Source: Anaerolineae bacterium
Lineage (GTDB): Bacteria; Chloroflexota; Anaerolineae; Anaerolineales; UBA4823
Reading direction: 5' to 3'
Length of the DNA stretch: 64,000 nucleotides
NCBI GenBank assembly: GCA_003130835.1
Contig: QEXX01000081.1
Location: forward strand, 4,467 to 68,466
Part shown: positions 9,617-18,847 of the stretch, piece by piece
Position numbering within the stretch: position 1 is the first letter of the stretch
Layout of the letters: each line of letters begins with the position of its first letter
Notes under the pieces: model-generated
Told to the model about the DNA's origin: nothing
The model's input: the letters and a program-made list of their open reading frames with translations, nothing else
The model's database searches: none
Translations under genes and position numbers: made by a program

Positions 9617-10972
9617 ATGTTAATCCTGAACGGTAAATTGATCACCTGGCAAGTCGAAAACCTTCTAATGGAGGGGATGGCAATCCGCATTGCTGACGGG
9701 CGCATTGCCGAGATTGCCCCCCAAGCGGATTTGCTCGCCCGCTACCCCCAGGAAGAGACTTTGGATGCGCATGGGCAGTATGTGATGCCCGGCAACATTT
9801 GCGCTCACACTCACTTCTACGGTGCCTTTGCGCGCGGCATGGCTATCCCCGGCCCAGCCCCCAAAGACTTCCCCGAGATCCTGCAGAAATTGTGGTGGCC
9901 GCTGGATCGTTCCTTGACCCTCGAAGACGTGCGTCTGTCCACGCAGGTCATGTTAGCCGATGCCATTCGCCACGGCACCACCACGCTGATCGATCACCAT
10001 GCCTCACCAAACGCCATCGAAGGCAGCTTGGATGTCATCGCCGAAGAAGTGGAAAAAGCCGGCTTGCGGGCTGTGCTGTGCTATGAGGTCACCGACCGCG
10101 ATGGAGCAGAAAAAACCCAAGCCGGAATCGAAGAAAACCTGCGCTTTTTGAAAGCTTGCGCCGACGGCAAACGCCCGCTGGTGCGCGCCACCTTTGGCTT
10201 GCATGCCAGCTTGACCCTCTCCGATGATACCCTAGAACGTTGCCGCTCGCTTGCTCCCGCCGGGGTGGGCTTTCACATACACGCGGCCGAATCGGACGCC
10301 GATGAATACGACAGCCTGGCAAAGTCGGGCTTACGTGTCGTCGATCGTTTAAATCGGCATGGCATCCTCGGCCCGAACACCATTTTAGCCCACTGCGTGC
10401 ATGTCGATGCCCGCGAGATGGAAATCCTTGCCGAGAGTGGTTCGTGGGTCACCCACCAGCCGCGTTCAAACATGAACAACGCTGTGGGGGTTGCCCCGGT
10501 CGAGTCCCTGCTGCGCATCGGTGTGCCGGTCTGTTTGGGCACCGATGGCTTCTCCTCGACCATGTGGGAGGAGTGGAAATTTGCCTATCTGGTGCAGAAA
10601 GTCTGGCACCGCGATCCGCGCCGTATGCCAGCCAATCTGATCGCCGATATGGCAATCTACAACAACGCCGCCTTGGCGCAACGCTTCTTTGGGGAAGCCC
10701 CCCTTGGCATCCTGCAAGAAGGCGCCTTTGCCGACCTGATCTTGGTCGATTATCACCCGCACACCCCCTTAACAGCCGATAACTTGCCCTGGCACATCGT
10801 CTTTGGCTTCCACGAAAGCATGATCACCACCACCATCGTTAACGGAAACATCCTGATGAAGGATCGCCAGCTCTTGACCGTTGACGAAGCTGCGGTGGCG
10901 GCGCGGGCGCGCGACTTTGCCCCGCGCGCTTGGCAACGCTATCAAGCCAATGTCCTTGGGCAAGAGGATTAA
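9617..10972 (+). CDS. ssnA: SsnA-like aminohydrolase (amidohydrolase superfamily)
   Basis: MPGNICAHTHFYG, TTTLIDHHASP, HIHAAES, LAHCVH, HQPRSNMNNAVG and LGTDG motifs. Confidence 0.8.
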   Translation: MLILNGKLITWQVENLLMEGMAIRIADGRIAEIAPQADLLARYPQEETLDAHGQYVMPGNICAHTHFYGAFARGMAIPGPAPKDFPEILQKLWWPLDRSLTLEDVRLSTQVMLADAIRHGTTTLIDHHASPNAIEGSLDVIAEEVEKAGLRAVLCYEVTDRDGAEKTQAGIEENLRFLKACADGKRPLVRATFGLHASLTLSDDTLERCRSLAPAGVGFHIHAAESDADEYDSLAKSGLRVVDRLNRHGILGPNTILAHCVHVDAREMEILAESGSWVTHQPRSNMNNAVGVAPVESLLRIGVPVCLGTDGFSSTMWEEWKFAYLVQKVWHRDPRRMPANLIADMAIYNNAALAQRFFGEAPLGILQEGAFADLILVDYHPHTPLTADNLPWHIVFGFHESMITTTIVNGNILMKDRQLLTVDEAAVAARARDFAPRAWQRYQANVLGQED

Positions 10973-10995
10973 CCCCCCATCTTTAGGAGCAATGC

Positions 10996-11658
10996 ATGAA
11001 TCAAGCAAAACCCGTTGTGGCAATTCTCGGCGGCACCGGTAAAGAAGGCCCCGGCTTGGCGTTGCGCTGGGCAAAAGCCGGATATCCCATTCTGATCGGC
11101 TCGCGGCAAGCGGAGAAAGCCCAAGCAACCGCCCAAGAGATCAATCAAACCCTCGGCCTCCAAACAGTGCAGGGATACGAAAATACCCAAGCCGCCCGTC
11201 AAGCCGAGATTTGTGTGCTGACCGTGGTGCAAACTGCCCATCAAGAAGCGCTGATCGGGCTGAAAGAAGCCCTGCAAGGCAAAATTTTGGTCGATGCCAC
11301 GGCGCGGGTAGATTTTCGAGATCCTAAACCCCCGGCGCCGCCGACGGCTGCCCGTATTGCGCAGGACTTGCTAGGAGAGGGCGTGCGTGTTGTGGCGGCT
11401 TTCCAAAATGTGCCGGCCGCCGCCCTGCGCAAGCTGGATCAACCCTTGCACAGCCATGTGTTGGTCTGTGCGGATGACCTGGCGGCTGCCCAAGCCGTTA
11501 TCCAACTCGCCCACGACGGCGGCATGAACGCCTATTATGCCGGCGGATTGGATAATGCCATTGTGGTCGAAGGCTTAACCGCCTTGCTCATCAGCTTGAA
11601 CAAGCATTACAAGACCAAAACCGCTAGTATCTGTGTTGCCGGGCTGCCAGAGGCATAG
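10996..11658 (+). CDS. npdG: NADPH-dependent F420 reductase
   Basis: ILGGTGKEG.GLA.RWA, IGSR, VVAAFQNV and LISLNKHYK pattern of the F420H2:NADP oxidoreductase family. Confidence 0.85.
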   Translation: MNQAKPVVAILGGTGKEGPGLALRWAKAGYPILIGSRQAEKAQATAQEINQTLGLQTVQGYENTQAARQAEICVLTVVQTAHQEALIGLKEALQGKILVDATARVDFRDPKPPAPPTAARIAQDLLGEGVRVVAAFQNVPAAALRKLDQPLHSHVLVCADDLAAAQAVIQLAHDGGMNAYYAGGLDNAIVVEGLTALLISLNKHYKTKTASICVAGLPEA

Positions 11659-11677
11659 CCCGGCGCACGCGGTGGCT

Positions 11678-13279
11678 TCATTCGGTGAGATAGTCTCGCA
11701 AATGGCGGCTGCGCGTGGGATGGCGCAGCTTACGCAAGGCTTTCGATTCGATCTGGCGAATGCGCTCGCGGGTGACGTTGAAGTATTGGCCCACTTCCTC
11801 CAGCGTGTGATCTTTGCCGTCCAGCAAGCCAAAACGCATTTCCAGCACTTGGCGCTCGCGTTCGGAGAGCACCGCCAGGGCGTTTTGGATTGATTCGCGC
11901 AGCATTTCACGCGCTGCAGCATCCATCGGTTCGATGGCATCTTGGTCTTCGATGAAATCTCCCAACTGGCTGTTTTCCTCACTGCCAACCGGGCTCTCCA
12001 ACGACATCGGTTCCTCGGCGGCTTGTAGAATGCGCTCGACCTTCAGGGCTGCCCGTTGCCAGCGGCGGCGCACTTCGGGAGGAATTGGGGTGCCTTCGGC
12101 GCGGCAGCGGCGGATGATCTGTTCGTCCTTGGGATCGAGAAAGCCGCCTTCCAGAGCCATCTCGTCATAGCCGGGTTCGCGTCCATATTGCTGCAACAGA
12201 CGTCGTTGGATGCGCAGTAAACGATTGATGGATTCGAAGACGTGCACCGGAATGCGGATGGTGCGCGCCTGATCGGCTATCGAACGGCTGATCGACTGCC
12301 GAATCCACCAGGTGGCATAGGTGCTGAACTTGTAGCCGCGGGCTGGGTCAAACTTTGCTACCGCCCGCAGCAAGCCGATATTGCCTTCTTGGATTAGGTC
12401 CAAGAAGGCACTCCCCCGTCCAAGATAGCGTTTGGCAACCGAAACCACCAGACGCAAGTTGGCGCGAATCAGGGCATACTGTGCTTCAGCAGCCGCCTGA
12501 CGAATCTCTTCGATTTCCTGCCGAAAAACCGCTTCATCGGGGGGATAGTTTTTCAATCGAAGCAGGGTCGGAATGTCCTTTTTCGCAACGATGTATTCCT
12601 TCAGTTCCGCAATGCTAACTTCAGGAAATAGATAGAGGTGCACATAAACCGAGAACACATAGCGCGCTAGGGTATCCCAACGCCGATCTTCACCCCAGCG
12701 TCCGTTGTCCAGATAGGAGCGCACGTAAGATGGTTCAGCCAGCTTCCAATTTTGGCGTAGGGCGCGCGCTTCGTGTAGGATTTTCTCCAACTCTGGACGG
12801 TCATATTTCAGGCGTTGAGTATCCTCTTTGACCCGCTTCCAAGCTGTGCGCGTCTCATCTAACAGGGCTTCGTAGTAGGCTTGGGCGGTTTTTTGTACCG
12901 CTTTGCTCTCGCCGGGCAAGAGGGCTTCCAAACGCCGTAAGGCATCCAGACGGGTCGCCAGCCAGAACTCCTGGTCGGAGTCGAGAAGCTCAATTCCGCC
13001 GATTTCCTTGAGGTATAAGCGCACCGGATCTTCCCCTAATTCGGCAAGCAGGCGCGGGTCTTCTAAGAGCTTCAGGGGTTCCTCGGCAATGATTTGCTCG
13101 ATTTCTTGGTCTTTGATGGAGAGGAGCTCCTGGTCGGGTTCCTCTAAATCGGTGGGTTCTAAGTCCACCAAGAGATCATCTGCTCTTTCGGGCAGGAAAA
13201 AATCTTCTAAGGAATCGCTTTTAGCTGCGTCTTCGAACCCAGAAGCTCTTTTCTTTCCTCTCGGTTGAGATGCGTCCAT
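11678..13279 (-). CDS. rpoD: primary-type sigma-70 factor (RpoD/SigA) with inserted segments
   Basis: [11 protein letters not shown] (1.2), [47 protein letters not shown]; directly downstream of dnaG. Confidence 0.9.
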   Translation of the reverse strand: MDASQPRGKKRASGFEDAAKSDSLEDFFLPERADDLLVDLEPTDLEEPDQELLSIKDQEIEQIIAEEPLKLLEDPRLLAELGEDPVRLYLKEIGGIELLDSDQEFWLATRLDALRRLEALLPGESKAVQKTAQAYYEALLDETRTAWKRVKEDTQRLKYDRPELEKILHEARALRQNWKLAEPSYVRSYLDNGRWGEDRRWDTLARYVFSVYVHLYLFPEVSIAELKEYIVAKKDIPTLLRLKNYPPDEAVFRQEIEEIRQAAAEAQYALIRANLRLVVSVAKRYLGRGSAFLDLIQEGNIGLLRAVAKFDPARGYKFSTYATWWIRQSISRSIADQARTIRIPVHVFESINRLLRIQRRLLQQYGREPGYDEMALEGGFLDPKDEQIIRRCRAEGTPIPPEVRRRWQRAALKVERILQAAEEPMSLESPVGSEENSQLGDFIEDQDAIEPMDAAAREMLRESIQNALAVLSERERQVLEMRFGLLDGKDHTLEEVGQYFNVTRERIRQIESKALRKLRHPTRSRHLRDYLTE

Positions 13280-13321
13280 GCTCACCTCTCTCCTCACATA
13301 AAACCACTTCTATCCGTTGAC

Positions 13322-15229
13322 CTAATGACTGGTAACCTTTTTCAGGGCTTTGTCGAGCTTAAAGCGCGTTTGCGCCAAGAGCAACATCTTCTGCTGATAG
13401 GATTGGCTGGCAGATGGGTCGTTTTGTGGAGTTTCTTGCAGGGCAAAGCGCAGGTAATCGATCTGCTGGTTCAAGTTGCGTTGGCGGCGTTGCAGCACAG
13501 CCCGCAATAAGTCATCCAACAAGCGTTGCGGATTGCTCTGCAAACCTTCGGTCTTCTCTAGGATTGTATCGGCAATCTCCAACAGTGGCAAGGAGAGATG
13601 TTGTAAGACGTACTGGAGCGGTTCGAGCAGGTCTTGTTCAAGGGATTCTTGCAAGAGGCGCAATAGCGTTTGATGTTCAGCAGAGGAGAAATCGTTTGGC
13701 GACAGACGTTCCAGTCCTTCTTCCTGTAAGGCACGGTCGAGGCGGTAAAGTAGGTCGGGAAAGCGCAATAACAACCCAAGGATATGTTGTTCCAGGCTGA
13801 GCAAACTCTGAGCCAGCAAGGGCATAGCCGGCGCTGTCGGTGATGAGGCAGTCGTCTCTTTTTTCTTTTTTGGCTGCTGCGCTACCTTTCGCGTCGCCGC
13901 TAGGCTCGACATTAGGGAGCGCTCATCCACCCGCAGCAGACGAGCCAGGCGCTGTAGGTACGTATCCCGCTCCAGGGGGTTAGAAACCTCTCGGATTAAG
14001 GGCAAGACATGGCTAGCGATTTCGCTCTTCTGCTTGGGGTCGTTTACGTCCCGTTGGGCAGCCAGGGTTTCCATCACATGCACGACAATCGGTTGGGCAG
14101 TGGCGATCAACTGTTGCCACTGCTGCGGGTCTTTTTGGACGACTTCATCCGGGTCCAAGCCCGGCGGTAGAGTCGCCACGCGGATATCAGCCTGCAAGCG
14201 CGCTTCAAAGCGCAACAAGCCATGGCTATCGAAGAACAGCTCCTGGCTGTGATCCATTGCCTGGCGAGCGACTTCCAAGCCGCGCAGGGTAGCTTGCTCG
14301 CCGGCCGCGTCGGCATCCAATGCCAGCACCAAGCGTTTGGTGAAGCGCTTGAGCAGAAAGAGCTGTTGCTCAGTGAGCGCCGTGCCCATCGGGGAGACCA
14401 CGTTGCAAAAGCCTGCCTGATGTAAGGCAATGACATCCAGATAACCTTCTACCAAAACCACTTGATCGGCTTCTCGAATGGCGCGCCGGGCGCGATCCAA
14501 GCCATATAGCAGGCGGCCCTTGTCAAACAACGGCGTTTGAGGAGAGTTGAGGAATTTCGGCACATCGTTCGGATCGAGGATGCGCGCCCCAAAACCAGCC
14601 AGGCCGCCCCGCTCATCCCGAATTGGGATCATAATGCGATGGCGAAAGCGATCATGCAGACGGCCTTCCTGCCCCTCACTGAGCAAGCCAACCTGCAACA
14701 AATCTTGCATCTCAACCCCCTTGGCGGCGAAATGCTGTAGCAGGGCATCCCAACGGTTTGGGGCATAACCGATGCCAAAAGCTTCTAATGTGTCATCACG
14801 CAGTCCCCGCCCACGCAGATACTCCAGCGCCTGCTTGCCCGCCTCTGTGTTCAGCAACTGATGGCGGTAAAAGGTGACAGCATCTTCTAGCAAAAAGCGA
14901 TACCGCGCATGTTCTTCCTGCTCGACAGCCTCTTGAGGGGTGGGCGGCTTGAGGGTGACACCAGCCTTTTGGGCGAGAATTTGCAAGGCTTGCGAAAAAT
15001 CAACCCCTTCCTTTTTCATGACAAAGGCAAACAGATCACCGCCCTCGTTGCACTGCCCAAAGCAGCGCCAGGTGCCGCTCTCGGGAAAGACGACAAAAGC
15101 TGGCGTACGCGTGTTGCTGTGAAAGGGACAAAAACCGATATAGTTCTTTCCCGAGCGGCGCAAGCTCACGCTTTCGGAGATGAGATCGACAATATCCAAG
15201 CGGGCTTTGATTTCATCGATTACCGACAT
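13322..15229 (-). CDS. dnaG: DNA primase
   Basis: CPFH...C..C zinc finger, KFLNSPQT, VEGYLDVIAL and DADAAG TOPRIM motifs; start set at MSVIDEIK (15229). Confidence 0.96.
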   Translation of the reverse strand: MSVIDEIKARLDIVDLISESVSLRRSGKNYIGFCPFHSNTRTPAFVVFPESGTWRCFGQCNEGGDLFAFVMKKEGVDFSQALQILAQKAGVTLKPPTPQEAVEQEEHARYRFLLEDAVTFYRHQLLNTEAGKQALEYLRGRGLRDDTLEAFGIGYAPNRWDALLQHFAAKGVEMQDLLQVGLLSEGQEGRLHDRFRHRIMIPIRDERGGLAGFGARILDPNDVPKFLNSPQTPLFDKGRLLYGLDRARRAIREADQVVLVEGYLDVIALHQAGFCNVVSPMGTALTEQQLFLLKRFTKRLVLALDADAAGEQATLRGLEVARQAMDHSQELFFDSHGLLRFEARLQADIRVATLPPGLDPDEVVQKDPQQWQQLIATAQPIVVHVMETLAAQRDVNDPKQKSEIASHVLPLIREVSNPLERDTYLQRLARLLRVDERSLMSSLAATRKVAQQPKKKKETTASSPTAPAMPLLAQSLLSLEQHILGLLLRFPDLLYRLDRALQEEGLERLSPNDFSSAEHQTLLRLLQESLEQDLLEPLQYVLQHLSLPLLEIADTILEKTEGLQSNPQRLLDDLLRAVLQRRQRNLNQQIDYLRFALQETPQNDPSASQSYQQKMLLLAQTRFKLDKALKKVTSH

Positions 15230-15429
15230 CCTTTGTATTATACATTCATCTTCCCTACACATCCGCTTCATATTTCCTTCACAGGATTTGACTAAAATGG
15301 CTTGCAGGATGATAGAGACGCTCATCCTTATCCCTTCCTCCTGTAAAGGGGTTGGGAATGCACTCCCCATCCCCTACACTGTGGGTGAGAGGTGCGAGCT
15401 TGCTGAAAAATCATCTTTGGAGGTGGCAC

Positions 15430-15957
15430 ATGACACTGAAAAATTTTTTACTGGATCTCTTGATCTTCATCGCCGCGTTGATCGCCTTCGAGCCGCGCCT
15501 AACCGGTATCCCGGTACATGAATGGCTGAGTTTGGCTTTGGGCATCACGCTAACCGTTCATTTGCTCTGGCATTGGGACTGGATGCTCAACGTGGGCAAA
15601 CGGTATTTCAAACGGTTGTTTCACATTTCGCGCCTGAAGTTTTTCGTTGATCTCTTGTTCTTGGTTGCTTTTATTACCGTCCTGTTGAGCGGTCTGTTGA
15701 TCTCGCGCAGCATCTTGCCGCTCTTTGGCATTCAAACCGAGCACCGTTCGATCTGGAGGCCGCTTCATTCGCTCTCTGCCGATCTCAGTCTATTGTTCTT
15801 GGCAATTCACCTCGGCTTGAATTGGGATTGGATCGTCTGCACCTTGAAGCGCTACCTTTGGACGCCCTTGCGGCGTGGCTTTAGCAGCCTCTTGACTCCA
15901 TCCAATATTGAGGGCGAACTCTGCCCGCAACCCGTTGAAGAAACGAATCGGAGGTGA
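15430..15957 (+). CDS. DUF4405 / cytochrome-b-like small membrane protein
   Basis: four hydrophobic segments with His residues (VHEW, HLLWHW, LHSLSA, HLGLNW); RBS GGAGG before ATG 15430. Confidence 0.75.
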   Translation: MTLKNFLLDLLIFIAALIAFEPRLTGIPVHEWLSLALGITLTVHLLWHWDWMLNVGKRYFKRLFHISRLKFFVDLLFLVAFITVLLSGLLISRSILPLFGIQTEHRSIWRPLHSLSADLSLLFLAIHLGLNWDWIVCTLKRYLWTPLRRGFSSLLTPSNIEGELCPQPVEETNRR

Positions 15958-15959
15958 CC

Positions 15960-16400
15960 ATGAAAACCATCTTTCGTCTGACCGTCATTGTCTTCGTCAT
16001 GCTCTTGATCGGCATTGGCTTGTATGCCGCCTTCCAAAACCCAACCATCCAGAGTCAATTGGGCTTAACAAGCGCTTTTGGTTGGCGTGGCAGAGCAGCC
16101 GAAGGCACGGGAGAGTTGTTTCTAAGAGAAAGTGGTGAACAGGCTTGGAGAGGCACAGGCAACGGGCGCGGTTTTGGCGGCGGGCAAGGCGGCGCTTTTG
16201 GACGCCGCGCAGGCAGGGGAGAAGGGCATGGTGAATTGGGTAACTTGCCTTCCAGCAGTGGTTGGTTGGGGCTTTTGGGGGTCTTGCTGCGGTTGGCTAT
16301 CCTAATGGCTATTGTGGTGGCTTTGGTCAAGTTTGGGCGCTGGATCGGGCGCAAATTCAAGCCTAGCGAAAGGATGAATGCCCAAAATGTCGCTAACTAG
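15960..16400 (+). CDS. small membrane protein with Gly/Arg-rich central region
   Basis: two hydrophobic segments flanking GRGFGGGQGG; RBS GGAGG; abuts the upstream gene. Confidence 0.7.
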   Translation: MKTIFRLTVIVFVMLLIGIGLYAAFQNPTIQSQLGLTSAFGWRGRAAEGTGELFLRESGEQAWRGTGNGRGFGGGQGGAFGRRAGRGEGHGELGNLPSSSGWLGLLGVLLRLAILMAIVVALVKFGRWIGRKFKPSERMNAQNVAN

Positions 16401-16427
16401 CTAGCGCTTCGAGGCTATAATTAGGGC

Positions 16428-16937
16428 ATGGTAACCCATTCTTACCCAAACAAACCGCTGGATTGGAGCGGTGCCTTGCAGCGAAGGGTATTTTTGGATG
16501 AAGCCGTGACCGAGTTCCGCAAGTTTCAACGCTATGGACATCCGTTTGCCTTCTTGATTCTGGACATCGATGAGTGGCAAGCCTTCAGCCAACGCACGGC
16601 GCCGCAAATAGCCGAGACAGTGCTCAAACAGCTCGTCACGGCTTTGACCCAAATGCTGCGTGAACATGATCGCATTGGGCGGCTGGGTAGCGATGAGTTC
16701 GGTGTGCTCCTGCTGGAGACCGACCGCCAAGCCGCCCTGCGCACGGCCGAGCGCATCCGCCAAGATTGTGCGGCTCTGGTCTTCAGCCTGGGCGAACAGG
16801 ATTACACCCTCACCCTCAGCATCGGCGGCAGCTTACCCCGCGTCGAAGATTCATCGTTTGAGAAAGTGTTTCTGCGCGCCGATCAAGCCTTGCAGCGCGC
16901 CAAACAAAATGGGCGCAATCGGGTTGAACTCGAATAG
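16428..16937 (+). CDS. stand-alone degenerate GGDEF-domain protein (GSDEF)
   Basis: LILDID, REHD I-site, RLGSDEF, TLSIG and ADQALQRAKQNGRN. Confidence 0.85.
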   Translation: MVTHSYPNKPLDWSGALQRRVFLDEAVTEFRKFQRYGHPFAFLILDIDEWQAFSQRTAPQIAETVLKQLVTALTQMLREHDRIGRLGSDEFGVLLLETDRQAALRTAERIRQDCAALVFSLGEQDYTLTLSIGGSLPRVEDSSFEKVFLRADQALQRAKQNGRNRVELE

Positions 16938-17005
16938 GGGCTCTCTGCTCCATGCGAGGGTCTGCCTCCCGCGTGTCGCCTTTAGCACAGCCAGAAAACC
17001 ACCCT

Positions 17006-17047
17006 GCCTGCGCCCTCCAGAACAGCAAGGGCGCAGGCGACTTTTTC
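17006..17047 (+). terminator. probable rho-independent terminator
   Basis: 11-bp perfect stem GCCTGCGCCCT/AGGGCGCAGGC followed by GACTTTTTC. Confidence 0.6.
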
Positions 17048-17302
17048 ATCTCCATTCGTTTCGCAGGCATGCTCGACTGATCTGCTGCGGAGTGGTGTGC
17101 ATCTGCGCCCACGCTCCGCACGGGTCGGGGGGTAAATGACCGCATCCACCCAACCCTACCGGCAAGGACGGCTACGGCTGCCGTGAAGGGTCAGCGCAGA
17201 TACCGGCGCTTCACGAGACTGAAAGCCTAAGCTCCTGAACGATGGGGGAAGTCTATCGTTGCGCTCTTATTAATGAGGTAAAATCTTTGTCAGAGAGGTA
17301 GA

Positions 17303-18847
17303 ATGCGATCACGCCTTCATCGATTAGGCAGCAGTTTGTGGGTTGGCATCCTTTTTCTGTGCGGGCTGGCTTGTGCGCGCAGTCTTGTGCCGGACAAGCC
17401 CAATTGGATTGCCCCCAATTCATCGCATCCCGAAATAAAGCCCACCGCTTTTTCGTTTTTTCCACCCACTCGCCCTGCTGGAGCGCCGATCTACACGCCA
17501 ACCCCGGATTTGCCTCACGATTTGCCACCCTTGCGGAGTGAGCCCGAACGCTATCTTGTCAAAGCCGGTGACACGTTAGGCAGCATTGCCCTTGCCTACA
17601 ATTTGCCTCTCGCCCAACTTGTCGAAGCGAATCAATTGAGCAACCCCGATGTCCTTGAGGTCGGTCAAGAATTGGTGATTCCTCAACCCACGCCGCAGGG
17701 CAGCGCGCCGGCATTCAAGGTCATCCCCGACTCGGAGTTGGTCTATGGGCCGATGACGATCCCCTTCGATGTGGCTGGGTTCATCGCCCAACAGCCCGGC
17801 TATATCGCCAAGTACAGCGAGGAAATCAACGATCAAAAGAAAAGCGCCGCTGAAATCGTCCAGCGCGTTGCCCAAGACTACTCGGTAAATCCGCGTTTAC
17901 TGCTTGCCATCCTCGAATACCAAAGCGGTTGGTTGAGCAACCCCAATCCCGGCAAGCAACAGCGCACCTATGCGGTTGGGCTGGTGGATGAGGAGCGCAA
18001 AAGCCTCTACCGCCAACTGGCTTGGGCAGCCAATCAACTCAACCGTGGTTATTACTTATGGCGGGTGAATGGCTTGGCGTTGTGGAATTTGATCGATGGC
18101 ACAACCCTGCGCATCGATCCGACCATCAACGCCGGCACGGCCGCCGTCCAGCATTTCTACGCTCAACTTCTGCCGTTCGAGCAGTGGCGGGCGGCTATCT
18201 CCGAGAATGGCTTGTTTGCCACCTATCAACGTTGGTTTGGCTACCCCTTTGATTACGCCATAGAGCCGTTGTTACCAGCAGGACTCTATCAACCGCCGCT
18301 TCAGTTACCTTTCGAGCCGGGCGTTCAGTGGGTCTTTACCGGCGGCCCTCATGGTGGCTGGGATAGCGGTTCGGCTTGGGCAGCGCTGGATTTCGCCCCC
18401 GACCGCGAAGCTGTCGGCTGTGTCCCTGCGGATGAGTGGGTGGTTGCAATGGCAAACGGGCCGATCGTGCGGGTCGGGGAAGGGGTGGTGATTCAGGATG
18501 TGGATGACCCCCAGAGTTCGCCGGCGGATGGCTATGAACAAACCGGCTGGGTGATCCTCTATATGCATATCGAAAGCCGTGATCGAGTCAGCGCTGGGGT
18601 TTATCTCAAAGCAGGGGAGCGCATCGGCCATCCCTCCTGCGAGGGCGGGATTGCCAGCGGGACGCATGTTCACATTGCGCGGAAGTATCATGGGGAATGG
18701 ATCCCGGCTGACCAGAACCTGCCTTTTGTCTTGGATGGCTGGGTCTCGGTGGGGACAGGGGTCGCTTATAATGGCTTTCTGCGGCGGGATGGCGTCAAAA
18801 TCGAAGCCTACGCTGGGCAGTCCGAGAAAAACCAGATCAGCCGATGA
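17303..18847 (+). CDS. LysM + M23-like peptidase lipoprotein (paralogue 1)
   Basis: lipobox-like GLAC; LysM YLVKAGDTLGSIA...NQLSNPDVLEVGQELVIP; GGPH...LDF and THVH. Confidence 0.85.
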   Translation: MRSRLHRLGSSLWVGILFLCGLACARSLVPDKPNWIAPNSSHPEIKPTAFSFFPPTRPAGAPIYTPTPDLPHDLPPLRSEPERYLVKAGDTLGSIALAYNLPLAQLVEANQLSNPDVLEVGQELVIPQPTPQGSAPAFKVIPDSELVYGPMTIPFDVAGFIAQQPGYIAKYSEEINDQKKSAAEIVQRVAQDYSVNPRLLLAILEYQSGWLSNPNPGKQQRTYAVGLVDEERKSLYRQLAWAANQLNRGYYLWRVNGLALWNLIDGTTLRIDPTINAGTAAVQHFYAQLLPFEQWRAAISENGLFATYQRWFGYPFDYAIEPLLPAGLYQPPLQLPFEPGVQWVFTGGPHGGWDSGSAWAALDFAPDREAVGCVPADEWVVAMANGPIVRVGEGVVIQDVDDPQSSPADGYEQTGWVILYMHIESRDRVSAGVYLKAGERIGHPSCEGGIASGTHVHIARKYHGEWIPADQNLPFVLDGWVSVGTGVAYNGFLRRDGVKIEAYAGQSEKNQISR

